From the human T2T-CHM13v2.0 reference genome, Homo sapiens: a stretch of DNA of 64,000 bases. Positions within the stretch are counted from its first letter, which is position 1, and each line of letters starts with the position of its first letter. Location: the NCBI GenBank assembly GCA_009914755.4, contig CP086569.2:15680001-15744000 (forward strand). The letters are read 5' to 3'. Positions 40,554 through 52,890 of the stretch are shown piece after piece. The position numbers and the translations under genes were made by a program. The notes beneath the pieces were generated by a model. That model made no database searches, had not been told where the DNA came from, and was given only the letters and a program-made list of their open reading frames with translations.

Positions 40554-42318
40554 AGTGAAAGGTCCTGTCACATGAAATTTACCTACATAATAAACCTATA
40601 GTTGTACCCCCAAACCTAAAATAAAAGGTTTTTAAAGGCCAATTTTAGTTTCTAGTGATTGGGGAAGTTGCAGATCTTGTCACCTATGGAATTGTGTCTG
40701 GAGTTTGTTCCTTCTGGTGGGTTCATGGTCTCACTGACTTCAGGAACCAAGTTTCCACTCGACCCAGGAAGTCCACCTGGCTTCACATACCAATAGAAGG
40801 TGTCTCCTCTAAACTGGACACCCCAAATGCTATTGGGAATTGGGTGATGACCGCTCTACCTACTTCCTGATGGATAGGGGCAAAGAAGTGGCCCTGCAGT
40901 TGTAATGTCCTTCAGAGGGGAACTCTCTAGCCCAGTCTTGGAGCCACAAGGTCGATTCAGGGGTCCTCAGTAGAAGTTGTGAGTTGAGCTCATTTGGGGT
41001 TCCATTTGTAAGACCATCTGTAGCTTGATGGCCTCGATCCTGGAGGAAACAAATTTGACAAGGAGATTAAAAATACAGGGCCCAAATGCAAGTAATAGCA
41101 AGATGGCTGTCACAGGACCTAGAAAGGGGAGAAGCCATGTCACTCAACTTCAGATGTTGGTATAAGAGTTTGAGAGGCATTGTCTGATTTCACAAGTCTT
41201 TTCCTGTAAACACTGGATGGCATCTCATATTATCCCTGACTGGTTAATATAAAAACAACACTCTTCCCCTAAGAAGGTGCAGAGTCCTCCTTTCTCAGCA
41301 GTGAGGAGGTCTAGGCCTCAGTAGTTTTGGAGAGTCACTGCTGCCAAAGAGTCTACTTGGGATTGCAGTGTAAGGAAAGATTTTGTTATTTCTTGAAAAC
41401 TGTCTGAGAAATACTTTTAGAGTGTGTGATAGGTAGTAGGATAATGGAGTAGATAAACTGGCTATTCTGTTTCCTGTATCAGTGGCCATTCCTAAAACTA
41501 TAAGTAGGGTTATTAGTTGCATGGCCCTGCACTGACGAACTTGAACTTTAAGGGGCACTGATAGGGTCTGATTTCCTGGGGAAATGTCAGTGTTGGGACT
41601 TAGGAAGACTAAGTTCCAGGTGCCTGTCCAGGTGGGGAGGCAGACGTAGGTTCAAGTTCCACATAAGAAGAACATGCCTTGGCTGAGTAGACAGAACTGG
41701 TTGTATATGTTAAAAAGGCTTGTGATAATAATAATAACTCATATTATTTTCATTTTCCCATACTCCTAGAGTACTTGCCAAGGTACCTCCAGAGAATAGC
41801 TGAAAAGGAGTGTTGGGAGAAAACTGAGTGGCTCCCTGTGTTCTATTTTCCCATTGGAGAAAAAACCGTTTTGTATCTACTAGGAACCATTCAAGACAGT
41901 GATAGAAAGAGGGAATGAGAAGGCTTTCATTAGTGGTGGGGATGCTGCTGCAAGGGGTCCAGGGATGAATGGTCATGCAGGGAGAATGTTTGCCATTACA
42001 ACACCCAGACTGTTAAGCAGGTAGGAGGTGATAATTTTTGGAGGCCCTGAGAAGCAGACAAGCCATCTGAATGGAGCTGTATGGGTGACTCACAAGTTGC
42101 TATGATCTGTTGGTGGTTGAAGTTGTAGAGTATTATTACACTGATGGCATTGTAGGTTTCCAGGGGCAGGCCTGATAACAGATTGCACTGGATGCATAAA
42201 GAGGCTTGAAAAGTTAAGATGGTATTCGTGGTTACAGGGCCATATATGGGCTTTTCATTGCTAGTGTAATAGGTGAAAGTGGAAATGTAAGAGTGTAAAA
42301 GCTGGATTCCATGTCCTG

Positions 42319-42591
42319 TTAGGGTATTCTTGGTAAGCTTTGTGATAACCCAAATCTAGGAATTATTTCATGAATTAGGACTTTAACCACTTCCTGAGCA
42401 TTCTCTGTCTTGCAGGGGAAGGCTTCTATCAAATTTCTAAAGATATCAGCACAGACCAACAAGTATTGAAATCCCTTTAACTTAGGCATAGGCATGAACT
42501 CTAAATACCAGTCCTGCCCAGGATAGTGCCCTATTCTTTCTTCTCCCAGAGGGGCCTTATGATAGACCATGGGGTTTTTTCTTTGGCACAC
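42319..42591 (-). pseudogene. Retroviral integrase catalytic-core remnant (pol), degenerate
   Basis: The ORF reads GQDWYLEFMPMPKLKGFQYLLVCADIFRNLIEAFPCKTENAQEVVKVLIHEIIPRFGLSQSLP. This aligns to the gammaretroviral integrase core motif W.IDFTE...KYLLV.VDTFSGW.EAFPTKKETA..V.K.LL.EI.PRFG.P. The first catalytic Asp is replaced, giving LEF for IDF. Confidence 0.8.
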
Positions 42592-43418
42592 ATCACAGGC
42601 TTTGACTACTTGTCAGATGATCTAGAGGAGACATGTCCTTGTAAATAGGGATTTGGCTATTTGATGAGTGTTCTCAATACACATATGGAGAGTTTGGTGG
42701 AGGCTTTTAAGTATTTTCCACTGGCTGGCTTCAGGTATGAGTACCTTTCCCTTTTCTGTCATTAACCACCCCTAGCATAGAAAACTATACCCCCGTGAAA
42801 TTTTCCATTCTGTTTCATTTGGGGAATACTGGGGCTTAATCTCTTGGAGAGGGTTGTTCCATACCAAGGGTCCTTCCACAGGTACTTCTAATGGGAGGTT
42901 CCGCCTGGTAGCAATTTTGGCCTCAGAGTCTGCCTGACAGTTTCTACCTTTTCTCCTTCATCTTTTTAATGGCTTTGGCAGCACAAGACTGCCACCCCCT
43001 TGGTTTTTGCACTGTGTGCAATAACTCCATGATTTCCTTGTGGCATTTAATGGGGGTTCCCCCAGAAGTTAGGAACTCCCTTTTTCTTCATATTGTAGCA
43101 TTGGCTTGTAGGGTTAGATAAGCATAGTTTCTACCTATATACACATTTATTATTTTTGCTTTTCCCATTTCTAAGGCTCGGGTAAGCACCAGTAGTTCTG
43201 CTAACTGGGTGCTGATCCCTGGGTGAAGAGGGTTACTTTTCAAATACTGTTACATCACTATGGCATAACCTGCCCCTTCATCTCCCATTCTCCACAAACG
43301 AACTTCCATCGTTCTATAGGTTAAGGTCAGGATTAGCTAAGGGGACTTCTTAGAGATCCTCTTGGGTGACACAGTCTGGGCTACAATTTGTTGGCAGTCA
43401 TGCTAGATCGGTCCCATG

Positions 43419-43631
43419 CTATGGGAGAAAAGTCGCAGGGTTGAGGGCTGCACATGTGCATACTTGAAGCAAAGTCTCAAGGAGTAGCACCTGGTATCTA
43501 AGCAGGTGGTTATCTGATAGCCATAAACTTCCTTTGGCACCTAGTGTGCCATTTACATCATGAGTAGTCCAGACAGTGAGATCCTTTCCTTGTATTATTT
43601 TGATAGCCTCTGACACTAAGATGGCCACCAC
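43419..43631 (-). pseudogene. pol RNase H / connection-region remnant
   Basis: The ORF ends ...VCTCAALNPATFLP, matching the gammaretroviral pol motif ALNPATLLP at the start of the RNase H region. Confidence 0.55.
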
Positions 43632-44215
43632 TGCAACTACCCGTTAACAGTGAGGCCAGCCTTTTGCTACTACATAAATTTCCTTACTTAGGTATGCTGC
43701 TGGTTGTGGGGACACTTAGTGCGTCTGAATAAGGACTCCAAGAGCTATTTCCACTCTTTCTGTGATGTATAAAAATAATTTTTTTCATGTACGAAGGCTT
43801 AAGGCTACAGCTTGTACTAGGGCCTGCTTTAAGGTTTTGAAAACTGTTTCTGCCTCTGGTTTCCATTCCACTAGATGAGTATTTGCCCTCTGGGTGTCCT
43901 TGATTAAAGTATAGAGTGGCCTGGCCATCTCGCCGTATCCAGGGATCCATAGTTGGCAAAACTGGTGATCCCAAGGAACGTCTGCAACTGTTTAAATTTC
44001 TTAGGGCAAAGGATAAGCCAGTATGGGCTGCATTTATTCTTTGCTGAGGGTTCCTCTGGTTAAAATTAGGCCTGGATATTTGAATTGTTGTAGGCAGAGC
44101 TGGCCTTCAATTAGATGCCTTTTACCATTGATTAGCTAGAAACTTCAAGAGATCTATAGTAGACTGCTGGCATGTGGCTTCCAAACTGGTAGCGAAAAGT
44201 AAATCATCCACATTC

Positions 44216-44503
44216 TCAAGGACCAGTGTACCTGGACTTGAGAAGTGACCTAGATCTGGGATAGCACCTGACCAAACAGATGAGGGCTATCCCTAAATGC
44301 TTGAGGTAAGACCGTCCATGTAAGTTGGGATGTGTGGTCTGTGGGATCCTCAAAGGTAAAGAGAAACTAGGAGTTAGAGTGCAGGGGAATGGAGAAGAAG
44401 GCATCCTTGAGGTCCAGAACAGTGAACAATTCTTTTTCCTCTGTTGAGAGTGTAGAGGTATAGGTCTTGGGTGCACCTGGATATAGATGAATTTCTGCCT
44501 CAT
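44216..44503 (-). pseudogene. pol reverse-transcriptase N-terminal remnant
   Basis: The ORF contains IPLHSQQRKKNCSLFW, which resembles the gamma-RT motif (C/S)(L/I)(R/P)LHP.SQ.LFAFEW. Confidence 0.45.
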
Positions 44504-47500
44504 TGATGAATCTAAGATCTTGCACTAGTCTCCACTAACAATTCGGTTTTTGTACTCCTAGAATTGGAGTGTTGTAGAGACTGCTGCATTTTCTTGCTAA
44601 GCCTTGAGATTTTAGATGTCTAACAATATCCTATAATTGTTTATGAGCTTCAGACCTTAAGGGATATTGCCTTTGATAAGGAAAATTGGTGGGGTCTTTC
44701 AGCCTGATTTGGACAGGGCCAACATTTTTTGCCCTTCCGAACTGTCCTTACAATGCCCAGACTCCAGGGTTGATTCCCTCCTCAAGCAGTGGACAACAGA
44801 TAAGTGACTTGTTCCCCATATTCATATGGATAATAGCTCCAGCTTTGGCTAATATGTCCCTTCCTAATAAGGGTGTGGGACTTTGAGGCATAACAAGAAA
44901 GGCATGTGAAAAGAGCAAAGTCTCCCAATTACAACTGAGGAGCTGGGAGAAATGCCTGGTTACAGGCTGCCCCAGGATTCCTCAGATGGTAATGGACCTT
45001 CAGAGCAGCCATCTGTGGCAGGATATTAACACTGAGAAGGCCACATCCATGTCCAGAAGGAAGTCAATGTCCTGGTCCTCAATGGTTAAATGTACCTGGG
45101 GCTCAGTGAGGGGGACAAAATGAGCTGGTGCTTTCCACAGGCACCCTCAGTCCTGCTGTTGGATCACCTGGTTGGGGACTGCTGGTCCTGAGAACCTTTG
45201 TCCTCTGGGGCAGTGTGCTTTCCAGTGATGACCTTGGCATAGTGGACATGGCCAAGGGGGTGACTTGTTTCTCACTGGACAATCTTTTCTAAGGTGTCCT
45301 TGAAAACCACACTAATAACAACCCCTACCAGGTAATTGGTCTGATCCATTTTCTGTCCTCTCTGAAGCACCAAGGTTTGTTTGACTGAGGGCCATGACTG
45401 TGGCCTTTCACTGATCTCCCTTTTCCTTTTGGGCCTGTTCCTCTTGGTCTCTATTATAGAACACCAAATTTGCCAGGTTTAATAATGCCTCCAGATTTTG
45501 TTCGGGGCCAGGGCTCACTTTTGGAGCTTTATCCTGATATCTGCAGCTGATTGGATATGTGTTAGGATCAATTGACCCTCGAGGGAGTTGGTTGACAGGG
45601 GAATATATTTTCTTAAGGCCTCTTGTAGCTGCTCAAGGAAGGCAGTAGGATTATTTTCCTTTCCCTGAGTTATGGTGGACATCATTGATTAATTCATGGG
45701 CTTTTTCCTATTCTCCTTAGTCCTTCTAGAACACAGGTCAACAGATGTTTGTGACTCCAGTCCCCACGATCTGAGTCTAGATCCCAGTGGGGATCCATAT
45801 GGGTTACAGCTTGCTGACCAGTAGGGAATTTGTCCCTTTCTTCGGCTGTTATTCTATCATTTACTTAACTAAAATACCAGATCTCCAAACACTCAGGCTG
45901 TAGCTAAAGCCACTTTATTTTCACTAAAGGCCAGGGTTTGATCTAACAATAGCATGATATCTTTCCAAGTGAAGTCAAATATTTGCCCTGGACCCTGTAG
46001 GACATCTATATACCTATTCAGGACTATCTGAAAACATCCCCAGGTCTACCTTATCTGCTTTAAATTGGAGAGGGAGAAGGGGACATGTACCTAGGTTCAG
46101 TCAAATTCCCCTCCCCTGACAGCTTGAAGGGGACATAAGCCATAGCCTGGGGGTGTTTGTGGTCCCTTGGATATTTCTTTGCTTGTTCCCCTTCTGGGTG
46201 GGGGAGACTAGAGGAGGCTTATTACTGATAGGAAAGGGAGCTGTATAGATGGTAGGATATGAAGCTAAACTGAGAGGTCCTCCTGTGGAATGTAAATTTC
46301 AAGCTTTGCCTTGTTGTGGATTATCCTTCAATGAAAAGAAAGCTTAGACATAAGATATTTCACTCAATTTGCCTTCTCTCTTACAGGTCAAAGGACAGTA
46401 TGGCATTCTAATTTATACTTCCCTCAGGTGGTCATTTTTCCCATCAGAGAGAGAATATTGAGGCCAGGCCATAGTGCAGAAAAAAAAATAAGCCACTTCT
46501 ATTTCAGTGTTTGCAGATCAAATTGTTCCCAATGGCTTAGGATGCATTTCAAGGGTGAGCTTGTTGATGCCTGAGTGATTCCCATCTAAAAGAAAAAAAC
46601 AAATGTGGTTTTGGTTTGCCTTTTTTCCTTGCCCAAGATCCTGCAACAGTCCCTGGACCCTGATGTTCCGAATAGTTGTGCTCGCCAAAGCAGCAGCAGA
46701 AACACTAGTTTTCCTCCTAGATCATAAGGAGGACCAATAAATGTCGGATTTAGTAGCCCTTACCAACACATTCTTGAAAATCAACACCCTTGCCTTTCCT
46801 CTTAGACCACAAAGAGGACTGAGAAAAATCAGATTTAGTGGCCCTTAGTGATGCATCCTTAAAAATCTGTAAGAGTCCTAAGCATTCTCCTCTTAGTATT
46901 GGGACCTTATCCTTGTCCTATAAAGATGATATGCATCAAAATGGAGTGGAGGGCCATACCCTTAGGGAGGGAAGGGATCTCCAGGGTTGGAAGAGTGACA
47001 CCTTTTGTCCTCACTTCTCATCAATGAAAAGGAAGGATATAATTTCTGAGGCTCCCCTTATCCTAGCTTCAGGAATAGCCTTTGTTAGGCCTGCTAGTCT
47101 GAGGAGGGTTGATAAATTCCAGATCATCCCCCTCCCAACAAAGCTTCAGGTGAAAACTATGTTTTTCTGATAGGGGAGCCTGGGTACCTAAAGAAGGAAC
47201 AGAGTCCCACAGTTTATACCATAAATCATTTATAGGAGAAACTAGAAGATCACCAGGGACAGGGAGTTGTTTTTAGACACAGGGCTACCTTCAGAGAAGA
47301 GAGGCAGTAGGAAAGGTTGTCTTACAGGCGTTAGGACCCAGAAGGCAAGGGTCACGATAGATAGGATAGATGGGCGAGTCTCGCTTGTGCAACATAACTT
47401 TGAAAGTTATGCTCATGGCTGCAGGGTCAACCAACTTTTTGTTGGGACCCTGGAGCTGAATGACTTTCCTCTCTGTCAACCCTTGGCTCAGCCAAGAAAT

Positions 47501-47777
47501 GCAGGAAAAATGGAAGCTGGTTCCAGGCAAATCAATGCTCCCAACTCCAAAGATTCAGTGGTTGTTAGAGAGCCCTTTCCCAGAAAGCCTGACACCTGAG
47601 TCTTTAGTCCAGCAGCCACGCTAGTTGCTTTTAACTGGTCAACAGGTGCCTGGTATTTAGTCCCCGAATTCTAAAGAAAAATAGGACAGAATAGCAAGTG
47701 AAAAGGGTCCAGCGGTACTCACCACATGGCAATATCCTGGATGAGCCACTAGATGTGTCCAGAGTTGGTTCCTGCCA

Positions 47778-48332
47778 GTGGGTTCGTGGTCTTGCTGACT
47801 TCATGAATGAAGCTGCTGACCTTCACTGTGAGTGTTACAGATCTTAAAGGTGGCATGGACTCAAAGAGTGAGCAGCAGCAAGATTTACTGTGAAGAGTGA
47901 AAGAACAAAGCTTCCACAGAATGGAAGAGGACCCTAGTGGGTTGCCACTGCTGGCTGAGTTGGCCAACTTTTATTTTCTTATTTGTCCCATCCCATGTTG
48001 TCTGTCTGTCCTATCAGAATGCCCTTTTTACAATCCTCCTTGTGATTAACTACTTTTAGGTTATTATAGAGTGCAGATTTGTGCATTTTACAGAGTGCTG
48101 ATTGGTGCATTTTACAATCCTCTTGCTAGCTACAGAGTGCTGATTGGTGTTTTTACAGAGCACTGATTGTTGCATTTTACAATCCCCTTACTAACTACAG
48201 AGCGCTGATTGGTGCATTTTACAATCCTCGCTAAAGAGTGCTTATTGGTGTGCTTTACAATTCTCTTGTAAGACTGAAAAGTTCTCCAAGTCCCCACTCG
48301 ACCCAGGATGTCCACCTAGGTTCACCTTTCAG
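47778..48332 (-). mobile_element. 5' LTR of the ERV9-like provirus, LTR12-like, about 555 bp, with U3 tandem repeats
   Basis: See the provirus entry. The sense strand reads U3 (CCAAT repeats) ... aataagaaaataaaag ... R with poly-A signal agtaaa then cttgctgctgctcactctttgagtcc ... U5 gtaacactcacagtgaaggtcagcagcttcattcatgaagtcagcaagaccacgaacccac. Confidence 0.75.
48065..48265 (-). promoter_or_regulatory. U3 enhancer-type tandem repeats (4-5 units of about 40 bp) each carrying a CCAAT box, which is ATTGG on the + strand
   Basis: agagtgctgattggtgcattttacaatcctcttgctagctac / agagtgctgattggtgtttttac / agagcactgattgttgcattttacaatccccttactaactac / agagcgctgattggtgcattttacaatcctcgctaa / agagtgcttattggtgtgctttacaattctcttg. 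CCAAT-containing U3 repeats are characteristic of ERV9 LTRs and bind NF-Y. Confidence 0.7.
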
Positions 48333-50189
48333 ATAATGTTTGGTAATTATTTAACTAAGCCAACATCTTAGCAGAATTCAGGCATCTGTCATTTTTCTAA
48401 CCTGCTGGTCTTTCATTAGTTTTACAAAGGTTGTTTAGTTTTAAGAAGGGCTATTATCATTTAAACTATAAGTTCAATTTCTCCCAAAGTTAGCTTGGCC
48501 TATGCTCAGCAATGATCATTGTAGTATGGTGGTGAAAGACAAGATGGTGTTGGTTAGGTCAGATCTCTTTCACTGTCATAATTTTCTCACAGTTACAAGT
48601 TTTGCAAAGGTGGTTTCAAGATGAAAGGAGTATACTCTTGTAAAGAGCGTAAAATTATTTCAGTCATTCTGTACCTGAAACAGGCACTCCCCCTTTTTGA
48701 TAGTTTAAATTTAAAAAGAAAATTAATAATCCCTGGATGTTGCAGTAAATGAAAATTCCAATGCAGAAACTGTGAAAACACATGCTTCAAAACACCACAT
48801 TCTTTTGTTAAACTTCAGAGATGCAAGCATTGCCATTTCCCTTGGCAAGCTTACAGAATATTTGGAGGAAATTCTGAACCTCAAAGATCAATCCATCCAG
48901 TAGGATGCTGTTTGAATAACTAAGATTTTTGAACACAAGGGACATTCATTAGCCTGCTATTGGAAAGGTTACAAAAACCCTTGTTTTGTAAGGGAGGAAG
49001 GGATTGTGGTGGAAGAAAGGCCAGTGATTCACAGCATGTTGAAAATCTTCACGATCCTCTGCAGAAACAAAATAAGCCAACAGATCATTCTGCAGAATTG
49101 TGAAAGAGAGAACAGTGAGTTAAGAAAAGATGTGCTGAAGACAGAATCATTCTGTTAGAAAATTACTCGTGCCTTAAAAATTAATTACCTCTCTCTTTAA
49201 TAGGGGACGAAAGCATTGCCCTGTGGTATTAGAGGGCACCCACACTGACATTATTCATCATTGTCATATGTACCCTGAATGAAAGGATTTCTTCTCCCAG
49301 GCAAAGCCTGATGCTCTTTATGAACAAACCGTGTCAAAGATTTAGTGATGGAGACTGGTGTTGCAGAACATTTTTGGCATAAAGCACTAATTAGTAATCA
49401 CTAATTAAATGGTGGGGGGCTTGCGTAATGTCTGAACATACCCACTAATCACAGCTAATCTCACATCAAGTTTCTCTGAACTTTAAAGAAATCACATTGG
49501 TAGGATGTGTCTTAAGTAAGACCAACCTCACAGTTGCAATACTGCCTCTCCTTGAAGCTGCAGGCAATGGTGACTCCTGATTTAGGCTTGGAATTTATTG
49601 TCATTGTAGGAAAAAAAAAATCTTATGACTTTCTTTGAAGCCTGGCCATTTCCTCCTTTCCAGCTCAGAGCATTTTTCCAATTGTTCACGAAACCTAATG
49701 GAAGAAAATCTGGTTAACTCTACTGGTATGCAGCCTCATCCTCTACTCTTTTTGTTTTAAAAGTAGAAGCCAACACTCAGTCTCTCATTGGAATGCTGTC
49801 AACTTTGGTTAGGAATATGCTTTGAAGTAGTTGGTTTGGATTTATGTTATTTTAGGGCTTAAAGCAGTCTGTCATCATACAAACAAGCCCCTCCCTTATG
49901 TGACACTGTTGTTCATAAAAGGCATCAGACTTTGCTCGGGAGAAATGCTCAACTAAGGACAGGAAAATGGTAAAAAACAACAACGCAAGAAACCTTCCCC
50001 AAATACTCAACTATAATATTTGTTCCTTACATACAATTTCTTTTTTTGAAGATCTACGTCATTAACTCATTTGAAGGGACATTTAGTACGTAATTTATCA
50101 TAGGAGTCTGTTGTGTTTAAAGAAAAATGTGCACACAAATGGTACCTTGAACCTCGTAAAATTTACAATGACTTCTGGGATTGCTTCAT

Positions 50190-50655
50190 GTTATTAATAT
50201 TTTAGATTCATTTTGTCTTCTATTAGCCACATATATACCCAAAGATGACAAGGTATCATAATGTCAACTTAACAATAATCATTGTTTATGTAATTATTTC
50301 TGCCACAAAAATTTTTCTCTAGTTTTTTCTTTAATTTCCTGTAATTTCCACTAACACTGTAGATGCATTTTTCCTTCTACATTAGCCACATATATACCCA
50401 AAGATGACATGGTATCATAAGGTGAATGTAAACAATAATCATTATTTGTATAATTATTTCTGCCACAAAAATTGTTCTCCAGGTTTTTCTCTAATTTCCT
50501 ATAATTTCCACTAACATTTTAGATTTATTTTGCCTTCTACATTAGCCATATATACCTAAAGATGACATGGTATCATAATGTCAACCTAAACAATAACTAT
50601 TATCTATGTAATTATTTCTGCCACAAAAAATTTTCTACAGTTTTTCCTCTAATTT
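50190..50655. repeat. Tandem repeat, period about 160 bp, about 2.9 copies (starts near 50222, 50381 and 50541), ending about 120 bp upstream of the exon at 50777
   Basis: The unit attagccacatatatacccaaagatgacatggtatcataatgtcaac[t/c]taaacaataatcattgtttatgtaattatttctgccacaaaaatttttctctagtttttctttaatttcctgtaatttccactaacactgtagatgcatttttccttctac recurs three times at about 90% identity. Confidence 0.9.
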
Positions 50656-50703
50656 GTGGGGGACAGGGTTGTGGAGAGAGAGAATGAAGAAGGCAAGCTA
50701 TGA

Positions 50704-51000
<297 letters not shown>

Positions 51001-51129
51001 TGAACCAAGAAATGAATAGTCAGAGTTCATAGCTGAGATTCATGTCCAGGTTGCCAGAAGTCACTGTGGAAATTGCAACAGAAAATGCCCAAAAGACAAA
51101 ATGAACCCATCTTCATATATTTTAACTCA

Positions 51130-51400
51130 GCTTTTTTTCCATTTGCTCTGTCACTCAGGCTGGAGTGCAGAGGCATGATCATAGCTCATTGCAGCCTCCA
51201 ACTCCTGAGCTTAAGCCTTCTCCAATCTCAACCTGCTGAATACCTGGGACTAATGGTTAAATTTTAATTTTTATTTTTATAGAGAAGTGGTCTTGCTATG
51301 TTTGCTCAGGGTGGTCTCAAACTCCTAGCCTCAAGTGATCCTCCTCCCTTGGCCTCTCAAACTGCTGAGGTGACAGAATTGAGCCACCATGCTTGGTTAG
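51130..51400 (-). mobile_element. Alu, minus orientation, old and diverged
   Basis: tttgctctgtcactcaggctggagtgcagaggcatgatcatagctcattgcagcctccaactcctgagc ... ggtctcaaactcctagcctcaagtgatcctcctcccttggcctctcaaactgctgaggtgacagaattgagccaccatgcttgg is read directly. Confidence 0.8.
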
Positions 51401-51767
51401 CAATATCTCCTCATTTAAGTGTGTGACAATTAGGTGTCGGTTACAATGATAGGAAAAAAATAACTGCTTTAGAAGGGCGGACACTATTGTTTCTTTTGAC
51501 AGTCTCACTGTATTTGAACATTTGAAATTTTATTAACTTCTAGCTACAATTTGGTAAGAGTAATATGGAAGAGAGACAGTACGTCAATAAGGAAGAGAAA
51601 TAGTATGTCAATATTGCAGATTTATAGATTTTTAATCAACTGGGCTTTTAACCACGTGTTTTTTTAAAAGACACTTCTCTAATTCACATTAATTCTTTAA
51701 ATCTTCTGGAAACATTAGGAACATGGCTGGTGCATTCATAGAGAAGTAGATTCTACCCATAGGAATA

Positions 51768-52165
51768 GTGTCTCTCTCCCTGACTCTGTCTCCCTCCCTC
51801 TCTCTCTTCCCCTTTCACTCTCCTCTTTCCCTCTCTCTTCCTGTCTCTCCCTCTCTATGTCCTCTCACTTTCTCTCTGTCTCTCTCTCTGTTTTCCTCTG
51901 TCTCTCGCCCTTCCTCTCTCCCCTCCTTCCACTGTCTCTCCTCGATCTCCCTCTCCCTCACACTATCCTCTCACCTCTTTCTCCTTTTCTCCCCTTCTCT
52001 CTTTGTCTCTCTTCCTCTCTCTCCCTCTCCAGTTCCCCAGTTTCTTCCTCACTGTCTCTCTTCCTCTCTCACTTCCCCCCCTTCACACTCTGTCTCTCTC
52101 CCTTTATTTCTTTCTCTCTGTCTCCCTTTTTCTCCCTCTGTCTCTTTCCCTTTCTTCCTCTCCTG
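51768..52165 (+). repeat. About 400-bp polypyrimidine (CT-rich) tract; it is C/U-rich in the sense pre-mRNA
   Basis: The + strand is almost exclusively C and T, in (CTCT)n, CCTCC and TTTC units. The artefactual ORFs 51768..52214, 51857..52174 and 52003..52329 encode S/L/P-only peptides. Confidence 0.9.
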
Positions 52166-52890
52166 CAAACATGACTTTCAGCAAAGGACCACCTTACTGG
52201 TCAGTTCAGCATGAGGCACTTGGAAGTGTCCACAGTTTCCTTTATCTCTCTCTCTCTAACAGGCCAGTCAGCATGACATCCTCTACTTGTCCCCGTGGGA
52301 GCTCCAAACCCTCCCTGGGGCCCTGCTAATAACCTGGAAAAAGCTGCTGTTGGCAAAATAGGGGAAGGGGAAACCGCAGAAACACACTCACATCATGTTA
52401 CCTCAATCAGACATGCACTTGTATGTGGTAGTTAGCATAGGCAACCACACCCAACCAGATGTGCACTTGGGCCTCTAAGTAGTAATTGCTCATGCTGCCT
52501 AAGTGGTGGTCAGCATAGACAGCCACACCCCTGAGCCCTGCCAGAGCACCTGAGGCTCACTCAATGCAATTCCCTGATGCTAATGCAAGAGGGAGGCTCT
52601 CTGCAGTATCAGATGAAACTTCAAAGAGAAGTCCACAGGAATTTGTGGCAATTGGTTCTGGAAGCTGGATCACCAATTCTTGGCTGTGGCCTAAAAGGAG
52701 AAAGCAGGAAAATCTGCAGAACAGATCCAGCCCTCTGTTACCTGGCCAGGTACAAATGAATATTCATAATAGCCATCTCAGTCATCAACACAGCATTGTG
52801 ATATGTTCTGTGTCATTGGTAGGCTTCAGAATGGCACCACACTGACTGGACCATTTACATCTGAAGTACTCAAAATCTTAATGGAATTTT

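Larger units (their letters stand above)
40669..48332 (-). mobile_element. Endogenous retrovirus provirus, class I (gamma-like), ERV9/HERV9-like, with LTR12-like LTRs, antisense to the host gene; 3' LTR internally deleted
   Basis: An LTR12-like LTR lies at 47778..48332, in reverse complement. It has U5 (gtgggttcgtggtcttgctgacttcatgaatgaagctgc...gtgagtgttacagatcttaaagg), R (caagatttactgtg), and U3 CCAAT-box repeats (agagtgctgattggtgcattttacaatcct...). Its outer end aagttctccaagtccccactcgacccaggatgtccacctaggttcacc recurs at 40750..40790 (aagtttccactcgacccaggaagtccacctggcttcac), directly joined to a U5 segment at 40698..40745 (ctggagtttgttccttctggtgggttcatggtctcactgacttcagg). Between these ends lie minus-strand pol remnants, consisting of integrase, RNase H and RT motifs. 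Confidence 0.75.

Noticed and set aside
40669-47778. Minus-strand ORFs (70-96 aa) inside the provirus as possible intact retroviral genes
   Set aside because: The frames are short, interrupted and shifted. The integrase catalytic Asp is substituted. No gag, pol or env frame exceeds about 100 codons. The provirus is an old, non-coding relic.
48065-48265. The ATTGG-containing tandem repeats considered as a possible satellite or CRISPR-like array
   Set aside because: They are the characteristic U3 enhancer repeats of an ERV9-type LTR (CCAAT boxes on the LTR sense strand). They lie inside an LTR with U3-R-U5 organisation. They are not an independent repeat array.
51768-52329. Three overlapping + strand ORFs of 105-148 aa
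   Set aside because: They lie entirely within the polypyrimidine tract and encode Ser/Leu/Pro-only peptides. This is a compositional artefact.
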